Shown: positions 39,270 through 52,880, counted from the first letter of the stretch. The stretch: 64,000 bases of DNA from Isurus oxyrinchus (GCA_026770705.1 JANJGN010000026.1:34968001-35032000), one strand, 5' to 3'. Program-made: numbers and translations. The notes: generated from the sequence alone by a model not told the origin.

Positions 39270-40415
39270 AATTGTGGGAAAAGTTATAGCTCATGGAATA
39301 AAAGGGACAGAAGCAATGTGGTTACAAAGTTAGCTGAAAAAAAGGAAGTAGGGAGTAATGGTCAATTGATGTTTTTCGGGCTGGAGGAAGGTTTGTAGTG
39401 CAGTTCCCCAGGGGTCGGTATTGGGACCCTTGCTTTTCCTGATATATATTAACCATCTAGGCCTTGGTGTGCAGGGGACAATTTGAAAGTTTGCGGATGA
39501 TACGAAGCTTGGGAGTGTTGCAAACTGCCAGGGGAATGGTGTGGAACTTCAAGAGGACTCAGACAAGTTGGTGGAGTGGGCAGATAGGTGGCAGATGAAA
39601 TTCAATGTGGAGAAGTGTGAGGTGATGCATTTTGGTAAGAGGAACATGGACAAGCAAAATAAATAAGGGGTGGAGTTTTGAAAGGAGTGCAGGAGCAGAA
39701 AGACTTGGGTGTAGATATGCATAGATCATTGAAAGTGGCAGGACAGGTGGAGAGAACAGTTAATAAAGCATATAGTATCCTGCGCTCTATTAATAGGGGC
39801 ATAGAGTACACGAGCAGGGAGGTTATGCTGAATTTATATCGTTAGACCTCAGCTGGAATATTGTGTGCCATCCTTGGTATGATATCAAAGGAAGGATGTG
39901 AAGATATTGGAGAGAGTGCTGAAGAGGTTTAGAAGAATGTACCCAGGGATGAGAAATTTCAGTTATGAGGGGAGATTGGAGAAGCTGGGATTGTGTTCCA
40001 TGGAGAGGAGAAGGCTGAGAGGAGATTTGATTGAAGTATTCAAAATCATGAGTGGGCTGGACAGAGTAGAGAGGAAGAAACTGTTCCCATCCGTAAAAGG
40101 ATAAAGAACGAGAGGGCACAGGTTTAAAGTGGTTTGCAAAAGAAGCAAATGTGATGTGAGAACTTACTTTTTCACACAGCGAATGGTTCGGCCTGGAATA
40201 CACTGACTGGAAGTGTGAGGAAGGCAGGTTCAACTGAGGCATTCAAAAGGGCGTTAAATGATTATTTGAATAGAAACAAAGTGCTAGGGTGCAGGGAAAA
40301 GCCAGAGCAATGGCACTATGTCAGAATGCTCATTTGGAGGTCCGATGCAGACAAGTTGGGCCGAATGGCCTCCTTCTGTGCCGTTAAAGTTCTGTGATTC
40401 TATGATTCTGTGATA
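39270..40415 (+). mobile_element. CR1 LINE 3' fragment
   Basis: [54 protein letters not shown]; (GATTCTAT)-type tail. Confidence 0.88.
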
Positions 40416-41013
40416 TTACTGTTTTAGGCTGTTTCATTCATTACTGTACTCTTCTATGTCTCACCTTATGTTATAAAGGTCCAATCCCATTTATTAATAC
40501 ACTAGACTACGTCTCAGTTATTACTTCACTATAAAAAGCCTCTGATAACTGTACAGAGGTGGAGAGAGAGCCAGGCGAACAGGTGAGTATTAATTTTTAA
40601 AATGTCATAATATCCTCTGGGTCAAAAGGTTTTGAAAGAATACATTTAGTCTTGCTGCTAACTATTAGGCGTTCTGTGCAATTTCTAATTGCTCTAGTGT
40701 GATGTGTGTACTGTTTGTGCTGAAAGGTTGGGCTGAATCTTGTAAGATTCCCTTCATCAATGAGGTTGAGGATTAGAAACAAAGATGAACCACATTGCAT
40801 TGCACATTGCACAACTTAGTCACAAACTGCATTGTGTTGGAGATGACTGATTCATACTTGAGTTTATCAATGACAATTGCTCACAGGTTTCTTTAATTTC
40901 CAGATATTTTTCCATCTTTCAACAGGAATGTCTGTTTGCTTTTGGCGTGGTCACTGATTGTGAGAGACAAGATCTGAAGGCGAATGAGCGGCAGCAGTCT
41001 CCTAATAACCAAT

Positions 41014-41141
41014 NNNNNNNNNNNNNNNNNNNNNNNNNNNNNNNNNNNNNNNNNNNNNNNNNNNNNNNNNNNNNNNNNNNNNNNNNNNNNNNNNNNNNNN
41101 NNNNNNNNNNNNNNNNNNNNNNNNNNNNNNNNNNNNNNNNN
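41014..41141. other. Assembly gap
   Basis: Run of N. Confidence 1.
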
Positions 41142-41864
41142 TGCATGGCTGAGCATGCGCGTGTGCCTGTGCGTGTGTGTGTGAGTGTGAATGTGTGCGG
41201 GTACATCTAGAACATATCATGCTTCATTGCTTTCAAAAGACATAATTATTTTTCAGCAAGTTATGATAGTTTATTGAGAATATATCTATATGCTGCCTAT
41301 GCTGCCATTAATATTTATCGGTAATGCATTGTCTTGAGTGCACTGGAAAGTAATGTCAAGCTGGCCATTCCATTATCATGGTAAATACATATTTGAAATG
41401 ACTCAGTGAACTTCTTCCCTCTCTTCCTCTGTCTCAGAATACACCTAAATCAGTTAATCTCTCTTCTCTCAGACTTCACTTAACTCACTTACACGGACTC
41501 ACAAGAGCCGGATCTGGCAGCTTCGAGGAACCAATGTTTAAATCTTTTGCTTAAGGCACATTATCACTTCAAAAAAATTAAGTGCCAAAACCTCATCAGA
41601 GGAAAATTCAGTGCCATAAAGACATCAGCTCACTCACTTAACTTCTCTCCTCTCTTTCTCTCAGGCAGCACCAAACCCTTTTAAAACTTTCCATTTTAGA
41701 ATACCCCCTGTGAGCGGTTTCATTGTTTTAATTTCCCCTCTTTTCTCCCAGTGATTACATTCAGTCAATCTCGCCTTCAGTTAATATGTTATAACCAAAA
41801 TAACCTCGTTTATTTAATTCTTTAAATTGGGAATGAAGGTGAATGTAATGCTGAGGCCGACAGC

Positions 41865-42135
41865 AATCTGTGTGGTTGTTCTTGATGCTGTCAGAGTGAG
41901 TTCACCCTCACAGGCAGGAAGACTGTTCGGGGTGATAACATGAAAGTGACGCCTGCTTTTTCATTCTCAGGTAGCACAACTTCCTGTTTCTCTACTGCAG
42001 GTTCCAAACCGCACATCGCACTTCTGAGCAGAAAATAAATCCAGGGGCCACAATCTGGTGAGAACATCTGTCAAGGCGGCCTATTTCTGGCCACAGAGTC
42101 GGGGCAGAGTCACACAGATCACATTGCGGTGACAC
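41865..42135. promoter_or_regulatory. Candidate lymphoid enhancer
   Basis: Cluster of RUNX, ETS, GATA, half-CRE and E-box motifs in unique sequence. Confidence 0.35.
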
Positions 42136-44507
42136 TTACAAATGAGCCTGTGTGATCCGTTTAGAGCTTCCATTTCCAGGACATAACTGGATTGTCAGTC
42201 ACTGAGCTCCCTCGAGTCCCTAAAACGGGGAAATGAGATCTTGCTACCTTTCATTTTTCGTTGTCATGCTCCACCACCCGCGCCCACTCTAACTCCTCCT
42301 CCACACCCCACTAACACCGCTCCCCCACCTCTCCGCTACCCGCTAGGCACACACACTTTCCCTCCAAACTTGTTTCCTCTGTTTCTCTGCAACATTCCGT
42401 CTCCCTTTGTCATTTTAAGTCTCCTTTCTTAGTTTTATCTCTGTTTATTTCTCTAGTGTATCTCTCTCCAACTCTCTGTGTCTATTAAATAGAAGCGTTC
42501 AAAATCATGAAAGTTACGATATTGCGAATAAAGAGAGATTACTTCAACTGTAGGAGGGTCAGTAACCAGCGGACGCTAATTTACTTTTTTGAACAGGAAG
42601 GCAGGAGGATAATTGTTTACTTTTTTTTAACACGGCGAGTTGTTATGAACTGGAAACACAACTCGAAAGGGTGATGGAATCAGGTTAATAGTAACTTAGT
42701 AAAATGAATTCTATAAATACTTAAAGGGGTTAAAATTTGAAGGATTACAGGGAATGGGACAAACTGTAATGCTCATCTATGTCGTTGAGCCAGCAGCTTT
42801 CCTGTATCTACTTCTGTCCCTCACTGAGCCCAAATAAAATGCAATAATTACACAGCTTTCGTCTTCTGTTAATCCTGTCTTTTGACAGCGCTTGAGTGTG
42901 TCGATAATTGCCAGGAATCATTCAGAAGTTCACCACTGTTTACAAATCTCTACTTTGTACAAAATAATAACACTGAATAGAGCTCGTTTAGTAGAAAGCA
43001 CGATTATCTTTAACATTTTCGGCTCTGATTTTTCCTCTAGTGAGGTTTCGGTGTTTAATCCTTTCAGTCATCATGTGCCTCAAGCTGAAGATTTAAACAT
43101 TGGTTTCTACAAGCTGCCAGGTCCGGCTCTTGCGTGTCTGTGTAAATGAAGAACTGTCGGTAAGAATGAGAAGGAGTAGATTATTTTCTATTCCTCTGAC
43201 AGATGCAGCATTGACGCCTCAGATATCAGAAATCTCTGGAGTCCGCCATTATTGTCCTCCCCTTGGGTGTAACAGCTCTCAGTCAGGTGGAGTCAGTCAC
43301 ACGGGCCTATGTCATGATGTTTCCGCTCCGTTTTTACCACACGAATCCCTGGGTCACTCAATATAACACAGAAGCTTGCGCTAAGGCCCTAAACATCATT
43401 GCTTCCTCACACTTTCACACCCTATTACGATCAGATGTTTATCAGACCCCCTGCCTCTCTTAATGGAAGCAGCAGCCTCAGTTATTGTTACACTGGAGCC
43501 GGACTCTGTGATTATTATTGGATCAGGCCCCAGTCTGGCCCGGGCCCGGCAGTCAGAATTCCCTTTGCAAATCCAAGGAGGGAGATGTTGTTTGTATTTT
43601 TGGAGAGGGCGGGAAGGTCAAAGCAGCAACAATGTCCCAGGAACCCGTCCTTTGCTGGATGGAGAAACTGTCTAGAGTTTCTCTGTCTTTAATTCCTCCT
43701 CCTGAGTGTAAGAAAATAATGGATAAAAGAACAGAAAGGCAAATATAAAATTAATATAATATAAAATATATAATATATGATATTTTAAAACAAATATAAA
43801 CTCTCACCGTGAGCACTGGTCAACTCTCTGGATTGAGGCTTCAACCCACAACCTTTTGACCCAGGGGTTAAGAGTGACGCTAATTCGACAATGTTGACAT
43901 GATGTATCCGCAATTCCCATTGCATTAGTACAACGGCAACACATGACAGATGCTACAAATCTAAAATAAAAACCGAATGTGCTGGGAATCCTCAACAGGT
44001 CAGACAGCAGGTGTCGATCCTGTTTGTTTTCCGGGTCGTCATATACTTTGCAGCCTTGTGGAAAGTATGGAGAGGCGAGAGGATTTTGTAAGCTAATTAA
44101 AAACCGGCGTTCTGTCACACCAACGCTCTTCCCGTTGTCAACGGAGCCTGGAGTTGAATCTGAAGCTCAAAAGCAGGAGGACCACCAACAGTACCATTCG
44201 GGAGTGCAGTGGCTGTGGAGAGAAGCAGTGTTAAAGTTTCTAATCGATGACCCCGGTTCTGCTGAAGGGTTATTGCCATGAAACGTTCACTCTGTTTATC
44301 GCCACAGATTCTGCCTGACCTGCAGGGTAATTTCAGAATGTTATGTTTTATTTGCTATTACACTAGACTGTGTCAGTGTTATTACACCAACTCCATCCCA
44401 TTCATATTGCAGTGGTGCTTGACTCTGTTATTATACATTAGGCAGAAGATTTGCTATTGTATCAATTGACGTTGTCTCATGCACTATTATATCAAGCCCA
44501 ACTTCGA

Positions 44508-45244
44508 TTTGGGTGGATCAGATGCTGACTCTGCCGTTATCACACTGGATCCAGTGAATATTCATTGGCGCAGTGCAACCTGCCATCCCCTGTTATCATC
44601 AAACATTGCATTTGTTAGACACAACTTCCCTGATTTTAATCTGTTCCCTGTATCCTATCATTGTATAAAACGCTGTCTCTGTAATAGTTGTACTAAGAAC
44701 AGACCTGCCACTGAAATTCACATGCAAACCTCTCTCATTATTTCTGAAAACCTTTGGGTGGATCGGATGCTGACTCTGCCGTTATCACACTGGATCCAGT
44801 GAATATTCATTGGCGCAGTGCAACCTGCCATCCCCTGTTATCATCAAACATTGCATTTGTTAGACACAACTTCCCTGATTTTAATCTGTTCCCTGTATCC
44901 TATCATTGTATAAAACGCTGTCTCTGTAATAGTTGTACTAAGAACAGACCTGCCACTGAAATTCACATGCAAACCTCTCTCATTATTTCTGAAAACCTTT
45001 GGGTGGATCAGATGCTGACTCTGCCGTTATCACACTGGATCCAGTGAATATTCATTGGCGCAGTGCAACCTGCCATCCCCTGTTATCATCAAACATTGCA
45101 TTTGTTAGACACAACTTCCCTGATTTTAATCTGTTCCCTGTATCCTATCATTGTATAAAACGCTGTCTCTGTAATAGTTGTACTAAGAACAGACCTGCCA
45201 CTGAAATTCACATGCAAACCTCTCTCATTATTTCTGAAAACCTT
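44508..45244. repeat. Three near-identical 245-bp tandem copies
   Basis: Units start at 44508, 44753, 44998; only one substitution noticed. Confidence 0.95.
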
Positions 45245-46528
45245 GTACCTATACTTTTCAATAGGAACCTGTTTCTGATATTTTTAATGTTGATCTTGCT
45301 TGTGTTAGGGATCCACGATGACCTCTTTCATTTGTTGTTTAATGCAAAACAATTTTGCAACTATGCTTACACAAAAACTTGTACACTGGAATGTTATACC
45401 AGGTCCCCTCTCTGTCTTATTCCTGAACTAGCCCATTTCTCTGTTTATGTTACTCCCAGAGAAAGTTTGTGTTATCACTGTTCTAGCGCACGTCTCTGTC
45501 TGTATTAGACCAGTACCTGTTATTACTGCACCAGCCGATTTCTCTGATAATATTTGACCAGGTTCTGTCTCTCCAAATTACTAAACTACTCCATATCTCT
45601 GTTTCTATTACACCAGGTCCTGTTACCGTTATTATGCTCCAGACTATATTTCCATTTATATTACACCAAGCCTGTCTCGATTATTACTGCACTAGCCCAT
45701 ATCATTGGTTACATTACATCATCTGTCATTACCTAAACAGCCAATATCTCTTTTTATATTGCACGAGATCTCATCTTTGTTATTCTGCACTGGTCCATAT
45801 CTTTGCTTATGTTACACCAGGTCCGCTCTCTGCTTATGCTGCACTTGATCCTGGTTTATTTTCAGACCAATCAGGCAAAAATGATTCGAGCGGTTGCGGT
45901 GGAATTTGTGAAGATAATGATAAAAACAGTGGAAACAGAAATAATGGAATTTCTCTGGAGAGCAGCAGGAGTTTCAATTCTTCTCATCAACAGGAATAAT
46001 AAGCCGGAGAATTACAGGTGTATTTATCTCATGTCAGATATAGATAATGTTTTATTTTTGCCATCATTTGAAGAAGTAACCTCACATTCGATATATATCA
46101 GGAGATTCTGTGAGATGCTGAGTTGCCATTTGTTCATAAGCTGCTTGTTATTCTTGATGGGATTTAATTCACTTTCCAACTGACCATCGGAGACAAATAA
46201 ACCTACCTCAGAAACTAAGTAGTCAGTCTGATATCATTTTATAAACAAATGCACACAACAGAATAATTATCAATAAATTGTTACAGTATTAAACAATCTG
46301 CGACTTAAATAAATGTGTAGTTTTGCATTTGAACACAATCACTGAAGGATGGAATGGACTGAAGATTGTCACTGAGAGAAATGAATGGAAATTATTGAAA
46401 AAAATGGATTTTCTCCTAAGAGTGTTATTAGATAACAGCAGATTCGAAATGAGTAAGAGGCTGTGTCAGAGACTGAAAGAGAGAGAGAGACAGAGAGAGA
46501 GAGAGTGGGAGAGGGAAAGAGACAGAGA

Positions 46529-46569
<41 letters not shown>

Positions 46570-47029
46570 TACAGTGAGTTAGACGCTGCCTCAGACAGAG
46601 AGAGAAGAGATATTCAATGAATTTGGTGATGGACGTGATCGTCTTACTAACGACATGGTCAGTATGACATCACTTCCTAAACAAAAGTGCACAACGAAAC
46701 ATGTTATCAATAAACATTTGCGGTACTAAATCATCCGTAGTTACATTCTGAGTGAAAGAAAATTAAGCATTGAAACATTCTGGTGGAGGTCATCGTTAAT
46801 CTTTGAGAAATGACGGTATAAGCAAGAAGCATGTTCTTTGTGCATACAACACACATAACAGGCGACACCTGATATACAATTTCCCTAACTGAAACTAAAT
46901 GAAAATAACTGTCAGGTGCTGCAAAGAATGGGCCATCAAATACCGCCCGTTTTAGGCCAACTCCAGAGAAAAATTCCCACGTCAACACCTTTGTTTATAA
47001 TATTACCCCTCCAAATCACAGAGACATAG

Positions 47030-48910
47030 AACACTGCAGGAATAACAGTGACATGGTCTAGTCTAGAAATAATTGACGCAGGTTTAGTGCAGTAATTACT
47101 GAATAAGTACCTGGCTTAATATCAATTGATATTAATCCACTCTCGGGGCTAGGATCTGGTGCATAGATTAATAAACTCCTAGAGAGGACCTGGTGCAGTA
47201 ATAACTGAGATTGCCTCTCGTGTAAGATAAATAAAAACATGATCCATTGGAATAAAAACAGAGACAAAGTGTGTGTAATATAAGATGTATGAACTCGTGC
47301 AGCAACAACAAAGGCAGGCTTGACCTTTGTATGTAAAAACATTGGGTCCAGAGACTTTGCCATAGGTGATGCAACCAGAGACACGGCTGAAATCGGAACA
47401 GCTGAGACGAGGCCGAGCACTGAAATAACTGCGGCAGGGACTGGTGTAATATTATCATAGACATAATCTATTTCAATATAAACAAAGTCAGGGTCTGGTG
47501 CAGTAGTACTGAGACAGGGCTGAGTGCTCCAATTATTGATACAGCACCTACAGCAATATAAACCGTGACCGAGCCTAGTCTCAGCGATTGCTGAGCCAGG
47601 ATTTAGTGCATTAATAACAGACTTGGCCTTGTGTAATATAAACAGGGACATAGTCTGTACAGCCATAACAAATACAGGATCTAATCTAATTTAAACTGAG
47701 ACAACGTCTAGTGTAATATAAACTGAGGCAGGTTCTAGTGTAATATAAACTGAGACGGGGTCTAGAGCAATATAAATTGAGACAGAGTCCAGTGTACTAT
47801 AAACTGAGACGGGGTCCATTGTAATATAAACTGAGACAAGGTCCAGTTTAATATAAACAGAAATAAGGTCCAGCGTAATGTAAATGGAGACAGGCAGGGG
47901 AATACGTACTCAGGTGTGGTCTAACAGAATATAAGCAAAGACGTCATCTAATGTAATATAAACAGGGACATGATCTACTGGAATAAAAAGTGAGGCAGTG
48001 CCGAGCGCAGTAATAAATGAGGCAAGGCCTTGTGTAATATGAACAGCAACATGGTCTAGTTTAGTAATAACCAAGACAGGATCTAGTGAAAGGAAACTGA
48101 CACGGAGTATACTGTAATTTTACCTGTTACAGGACCTTGACTAATGTAAACTGAGACAGAACCTAGTGTAGTAATTACCAACTAAGTGCCTGGATTAATA
48201 TAAAGAGATGTTGGCAAGTGCAGCAATAAGAGAGACATTGTATTAACAATAGTAACAGTGACAGGGCATCATGTAATATAAACAGGGACATAGACATAGC
48301 ATTGACCGAGACATCCACTAGTTTAGTATAAATGTGGCAGGGTCTATTATTGCAATATCTGAGACAGATATTGTGTCATGCAAACTGGAACATGTTCTGG
48401 TTTAGTATAAGCAGAGACAAGTACTAGTGGAGTAACAGCTGAGACATGGGCGATTGTCATATCAGCCAAAATATGGGTCAATGCAATCATAACGAAGGGA
48501 ATGTCGAGTGTAATATGGCCTTGACAAAAACAGAATTACCTGGAAAAACTCAGCAGGTCTGGCAGCATCGGCGGAGAAGAAAAGAGTTGACGTTTCGAGT
48601 CCTCATGACCCTTCGACAGAACTAGTTCAACTCTTTTCTTCTCCACCGATGCTGCCAGACCTGCTGAGTTTTTCCAGGCAATTCTGTTTTTGTTTTGGAT
48701 TTCCAGCATCTGCAGTTTTTTTTGTTTTTATTATTATAGTAATATGGCCTTGGTCCGTTGTATTAACAACTGAGATTGGGCCTATTACAGAAATAACTGA
48801 GACACGACCGATTGTAATATGATCAGAGATTTGAATTAGTGTAATACATATAGACACAGGGTCAAGTTTATTATGAACAGGGACATGGTCCAGTGCAGTA
48901 ATGATTGAGA
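47030..48910. repeat. Diverged 27-bp satellite (reverse orientation)
   Basis: AACTGAGACAGGGTCTAGTGTAATATA units. Confidence 0.8.
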
Positions 48911-49029
48911 CAGTGTGTCTGTTTCATAAAATGCCAGTAATCGCTGTTCTACTGCCATCTACTGGATAGACCCCGCTATTGCAGATACTATGAAAATATC
49001 GGTTTCAGTGACTGCATCTGATATCAATG

Positions 49030-50315
49030 ATAGAATCATAGAATTCTTACAGCGCAGAAGGGTGTCATTCGGCCAGTCGTGTCCGTGCTGAACCCCTGAA
49101 GAATGAGTTAACCTATTGTCACTCTTTCCCTGTAGCCCAGCATTTTATTTCATTTTCAGGTAATGATCCGATTTCTTTTCGAAACCATCAATTGTTCCTC
49201 AATCCACCGGACACTTAGGCAGTGCATTCCTTACAGCTCACTGCGTGAAAAAAAGTTTTTCCTCTAGTCTCCATTGTTCCTTCTTCAGATTACTTTAAAC
49301 TTGTGCCCTCTGGCTCTCGAACTTTCAACCAATGAGAACAATTTCTCCCTATCTCCCCTATCCAGGCGCTTCATGATATTTAATACCTCAGTCAAATCTC
49401 CTCTAAACTTTAGCTTCTCCAAGGAGCTTAAAGCCAACTTCTTCACTCTTTATACATAACTGGAGTTCCTCTACTGGAACATTTTCCATGAATCTTTCCT
49501 GTGCCCTCTCTTATGCCTTCAAATTCTTCCAAAAGTGTGGTGCCCGGAATTGGATGCAATTCTCCAATTGAGGCCTAAGCAGCGTGTCACACAAGTTTAA
49601 CCTGCTTGCTTTAATACTCTTTTATCCTACTGATAAAGTCCAGGATGCTGCATGCTATATTAAGCAGGCTCTCAACTTGTCCTGCCACCTTTTAATAACT
49701 TATACAGATCAACATCTGCTCCTGCAGCCCCTTTGGAATCATACTCTTGAATTTATATTGTCTCTGGGTGTTCTTCCGACTAAAATGAATAACTTCTCAC
49801 CTTCTCTGTGTGAAATTTCAGCTGTCACTTGCCCGCCCATTCCACCAACCTGTCTATGTCGCTTTCAATTTCTGCACTATCCTCCTCATGGCTCACAATG
49901 TTTCCACATTTGGCAATGTTTCCACATTTCGCATCGTCCACATATTTTGAAACTGTACCCTGTACACTAAATCTAGTTCATTGATAAATATTATGAAAAA
50001 CAGGCGTACCAGAACTGATCCCTGGGGAACTTCATTATAATTCTTCCCCTAGACCGATGAACAACCATTCAAAACTATTCTTTGTTTACTGGCACCCAGC
50101 CAGTCCCCTATCCATGATGTTACCGTCCATTTTATTCAAGCGATACCCAACTTTTTTCACAAGTCCGTTGTGGGGCGCTTCATCAAATGTCTTTTGGAAG
50201 TCCATGTAAACCACGTCAGCAGCATTATCCTCATCAGCCATCGCTGCTGTGTCATCAAAAAACTCAAGCAAGTTAGTTAAACATGATGTACCCTTTACCG
50301 CTCCATACTGGCTTC
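49030..50315 (-). mobile_element. CR1 LINE fragment
   Basis: LEFFD...DVVYMDFQKTFD RT motif and 3' UTR. Confidence 0.85.
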
Positions 50316-51110
50316 ATGTATCCAGAACCCATGTCTACTGATGTGGAAAGTCCCGATATTTAAGGTGCAACTATTGCAGATTAACGTGACTGATCTATGC
50401 ACTTTAAGATGAGCAAAAGAGAAAAGTGTCTAAATTCATATTTACTAATTCTTGATGATCTTGCCCAACTCAACATATGCGACATGGGAAGTAATTATTG
50501 GATCATGGTACGACCTGAAATATGATGGCAGTGATTTCCCCGATACATCAGGTGTTGCAGAACCTCCGAGGTAGCCAGGTTGGGATGTTAAGTTGAAGTG
50601 TGTGTGTGTGCCTGTGTGTAAATGTGTGTACACGCATCATTTGTTTAAAAGTGAAGTGCACAAAAACAAATAATTATATTCACGTATTATGTTCCAGATT
50701 TTATTTTATTCAAAATGTAATTGCTGTTCACTTAGTATCGATAACATTGACTGAGAAGACATTGAGCGTTCCCTCACCAGAGAACCCCTCTGTTCCTAGT
50801 ATTCTGTGGGAAATAGGACCAAATTATTCCAAGGAGAATGAGCAGCTACCCACCAGTCTCTGCATTTTATTGTTAAGTGTTCGGCTCAGCATTAAACAGA
50901 AGCTCTTGATATAAACATCGAGAGGGTGGTAATTTGTGCAACTGATTGCAAAAATGAAAACGATCTATACTTGACCTGAATTTACCCGGTCTTAAAATCC
51001 CTCTTTATTATTTCCCTTGCTTGGGAAAGAATGAAACACTTGCTGCTCTCCAAGAAGTTTCACACTATTTCTGTTGCCATTTTACTCCTTCTTAGCCTGT
51101 TGCGTGCATT
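50316..51110 (+). pseudogene. Decayed Ig C1-like exons (about 50316-50570, 50698-50980, start of a third near 51054)
   Basis: YPEPMS-LMWKV..KFIFTNS..MGSNYWIMVR; second unit aligns with 21175-21452 (IQNVIA.HL.S.TLTE...W...NEQLP.SLC.LL...I.QKLLI). Confidence 0.4.
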
Positions 51111-51169
51111 ATTTCCACACCAACGTCTTCCAATATCCTTGGGCATGATCTAATATAGCAATGTAGAAA

Positions 51170-52880
51170 GCGGTGGCGTGGTAGACTAATATTTCAGAGA
51201 CCCCGGGTATGAGCCGAGTTTCAATCCCACAAGAGCAGATATTGAAATTTGAGTTCAATAAGTCTAATGATAACCATGGCTGAATGCTGTAAAAAAATCT
51301 GGTTCACTAATGTCCTTTAGGGAAGGAAATCTGTTGCCCTCACCTGGTTTGGCCTACATGTGACTTAAGACCCACAGCTATGTGGGTTAACTCTCAAATG
51401 GCCCAGTAAGCCACTCTACTCTGTTGCATCAAAGGAATGAAACTGGATGGAGCACACGGCAAATTTAGGCCTGCCAGCACTGCACTGCCCTTCGTACTAA
51501 CATGAGAGCTGTCTCATTGATCAGTCAAGCATAGTCATACTATCTTACAGACAATGTCCCAGGCACCACCATCGCTGGTTATGTCCCGGCAGCAGCCGGG
51601 AAGGAGTTGCCCTAGGAGCCCTCAACATGGACTCCAGATCTCATGGCATCAGGTCAAACAGGAGCAAGGAAACCTCCTGGTGATTACCAAATACCCCCCT
51701 CCCCAACACCTGATGAATCTGTAGTCTTCCATTTTGAACACCACTTGGAGGAAACAGTGAGGGTGGTAAGGGCACAGAATGTAATCTGAATGGGTGACTC
51801 CAATGTCCATCACCTAAGAGTTGGTTGAGTCATAAAGGCCATGGCTGCTGGACTGGGTCTGGGGCATGTGAACAAACAAGAGGGAAAAAGATATTTGACC
51901 TCATCCCCTCCAATCTGCCTGCCATCTCCAGATTGAGGGTACCCTCCATCGTGTTGTGTGACACCACAATCGTGCGAAATGGCATAGGTTTCGCAAAGAT
52001 CTTGCAGTTCAATTTTAGACAACAACTAGGCGCTGTGGGCCATCAGAAGCAGCAGCACTGTTTTCAACCACAACCTGTAACCTCATGGACTGGCATACAC
52101 CCCACTCTACCATTACCATCAAGCCAGTGGATCAACCATGGTTCAATGAAGAGCGCAGTAAGGCATGCCAGGAGCAGCACCAGGCATACCTAAAAATGAG
52201 GTGTCAGCCTGGTGAAGCTATAACATATGACTGCTTGCGTGCCAAACAGCATAAGCAGCAAGTGATGGACAGAGCTAAACAATTCCACAACCAACGGATC
52301 AGATCTAAGCTCTGTCGTGCTGCCACATCCAGCCATGAATGGTGGTGGACAATTAAACAACTTGCTAGAGGAAGCGGCGTCTCCAATATCCCCATCCCCT
52401 ATGAAGAAAGAGTCTAGCAGGTCAGTGCAAAAGATAAGACTGAAACATTTATTGCAATCTTCGGCTTCCTCCAGAGGTTCCCACAATCACAGATGCCTGT
52501 CTTCAGCCAATTCGATTCTCTCCTGGTGATATCAAGAAACGGTTGAAGGCACTGGATATGACAAAGGCTATTGGCACTGACAATATTCGGGCAAAAGTAC
52601 TGAACATGTGTGCTCCAGAACTTGCCGCACTCAGACCGAATATTTTCCTGTACAGCCACAACACAGGAATATACCCAGCAACGTGAAAAATGTCCCAGGT
52701 ATACCCTGCACACAGAAAGCAGGACAAACCCAACTGCCCGAACAGACTATTCTCGATCATCAGTAAAGATATGGAACGGGTCATCAACAGTGCGACCAAG
52801 CAGCACTTGCTTAGCAATGAGTTGCTCACTGACACCCAGTTTGAGTTCCGCCAGGGCCACTGAGCTCCTGGCCTCATTAC
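51170..52880 (+). mobile_element. LINE ORF2 remnant (HER1-like) with SINE-like head
   Basis: HSTITIKPVDQPWFNEE...WWWTIKQL and downstream RT fragments; stops and frameshifts. Confidence 0.75.

Noticed and set aside
40555-41013. Possible small exons (gtgagt donor near 40583, acceptor near 40903)
   Set aside because: No recognisable product, and cut by the gap.
43804-43870. J-like segment with gtgag donor on - strand
   Set aside because: No FGxG/WGxG or RSS; resembles a tRNA-SINE head fragment.
45803-46183. 126-aa ORF
   Set aside because: KPENYRCIYLMS is a decayed CR1 RT motif (PGNYRPISLTS).
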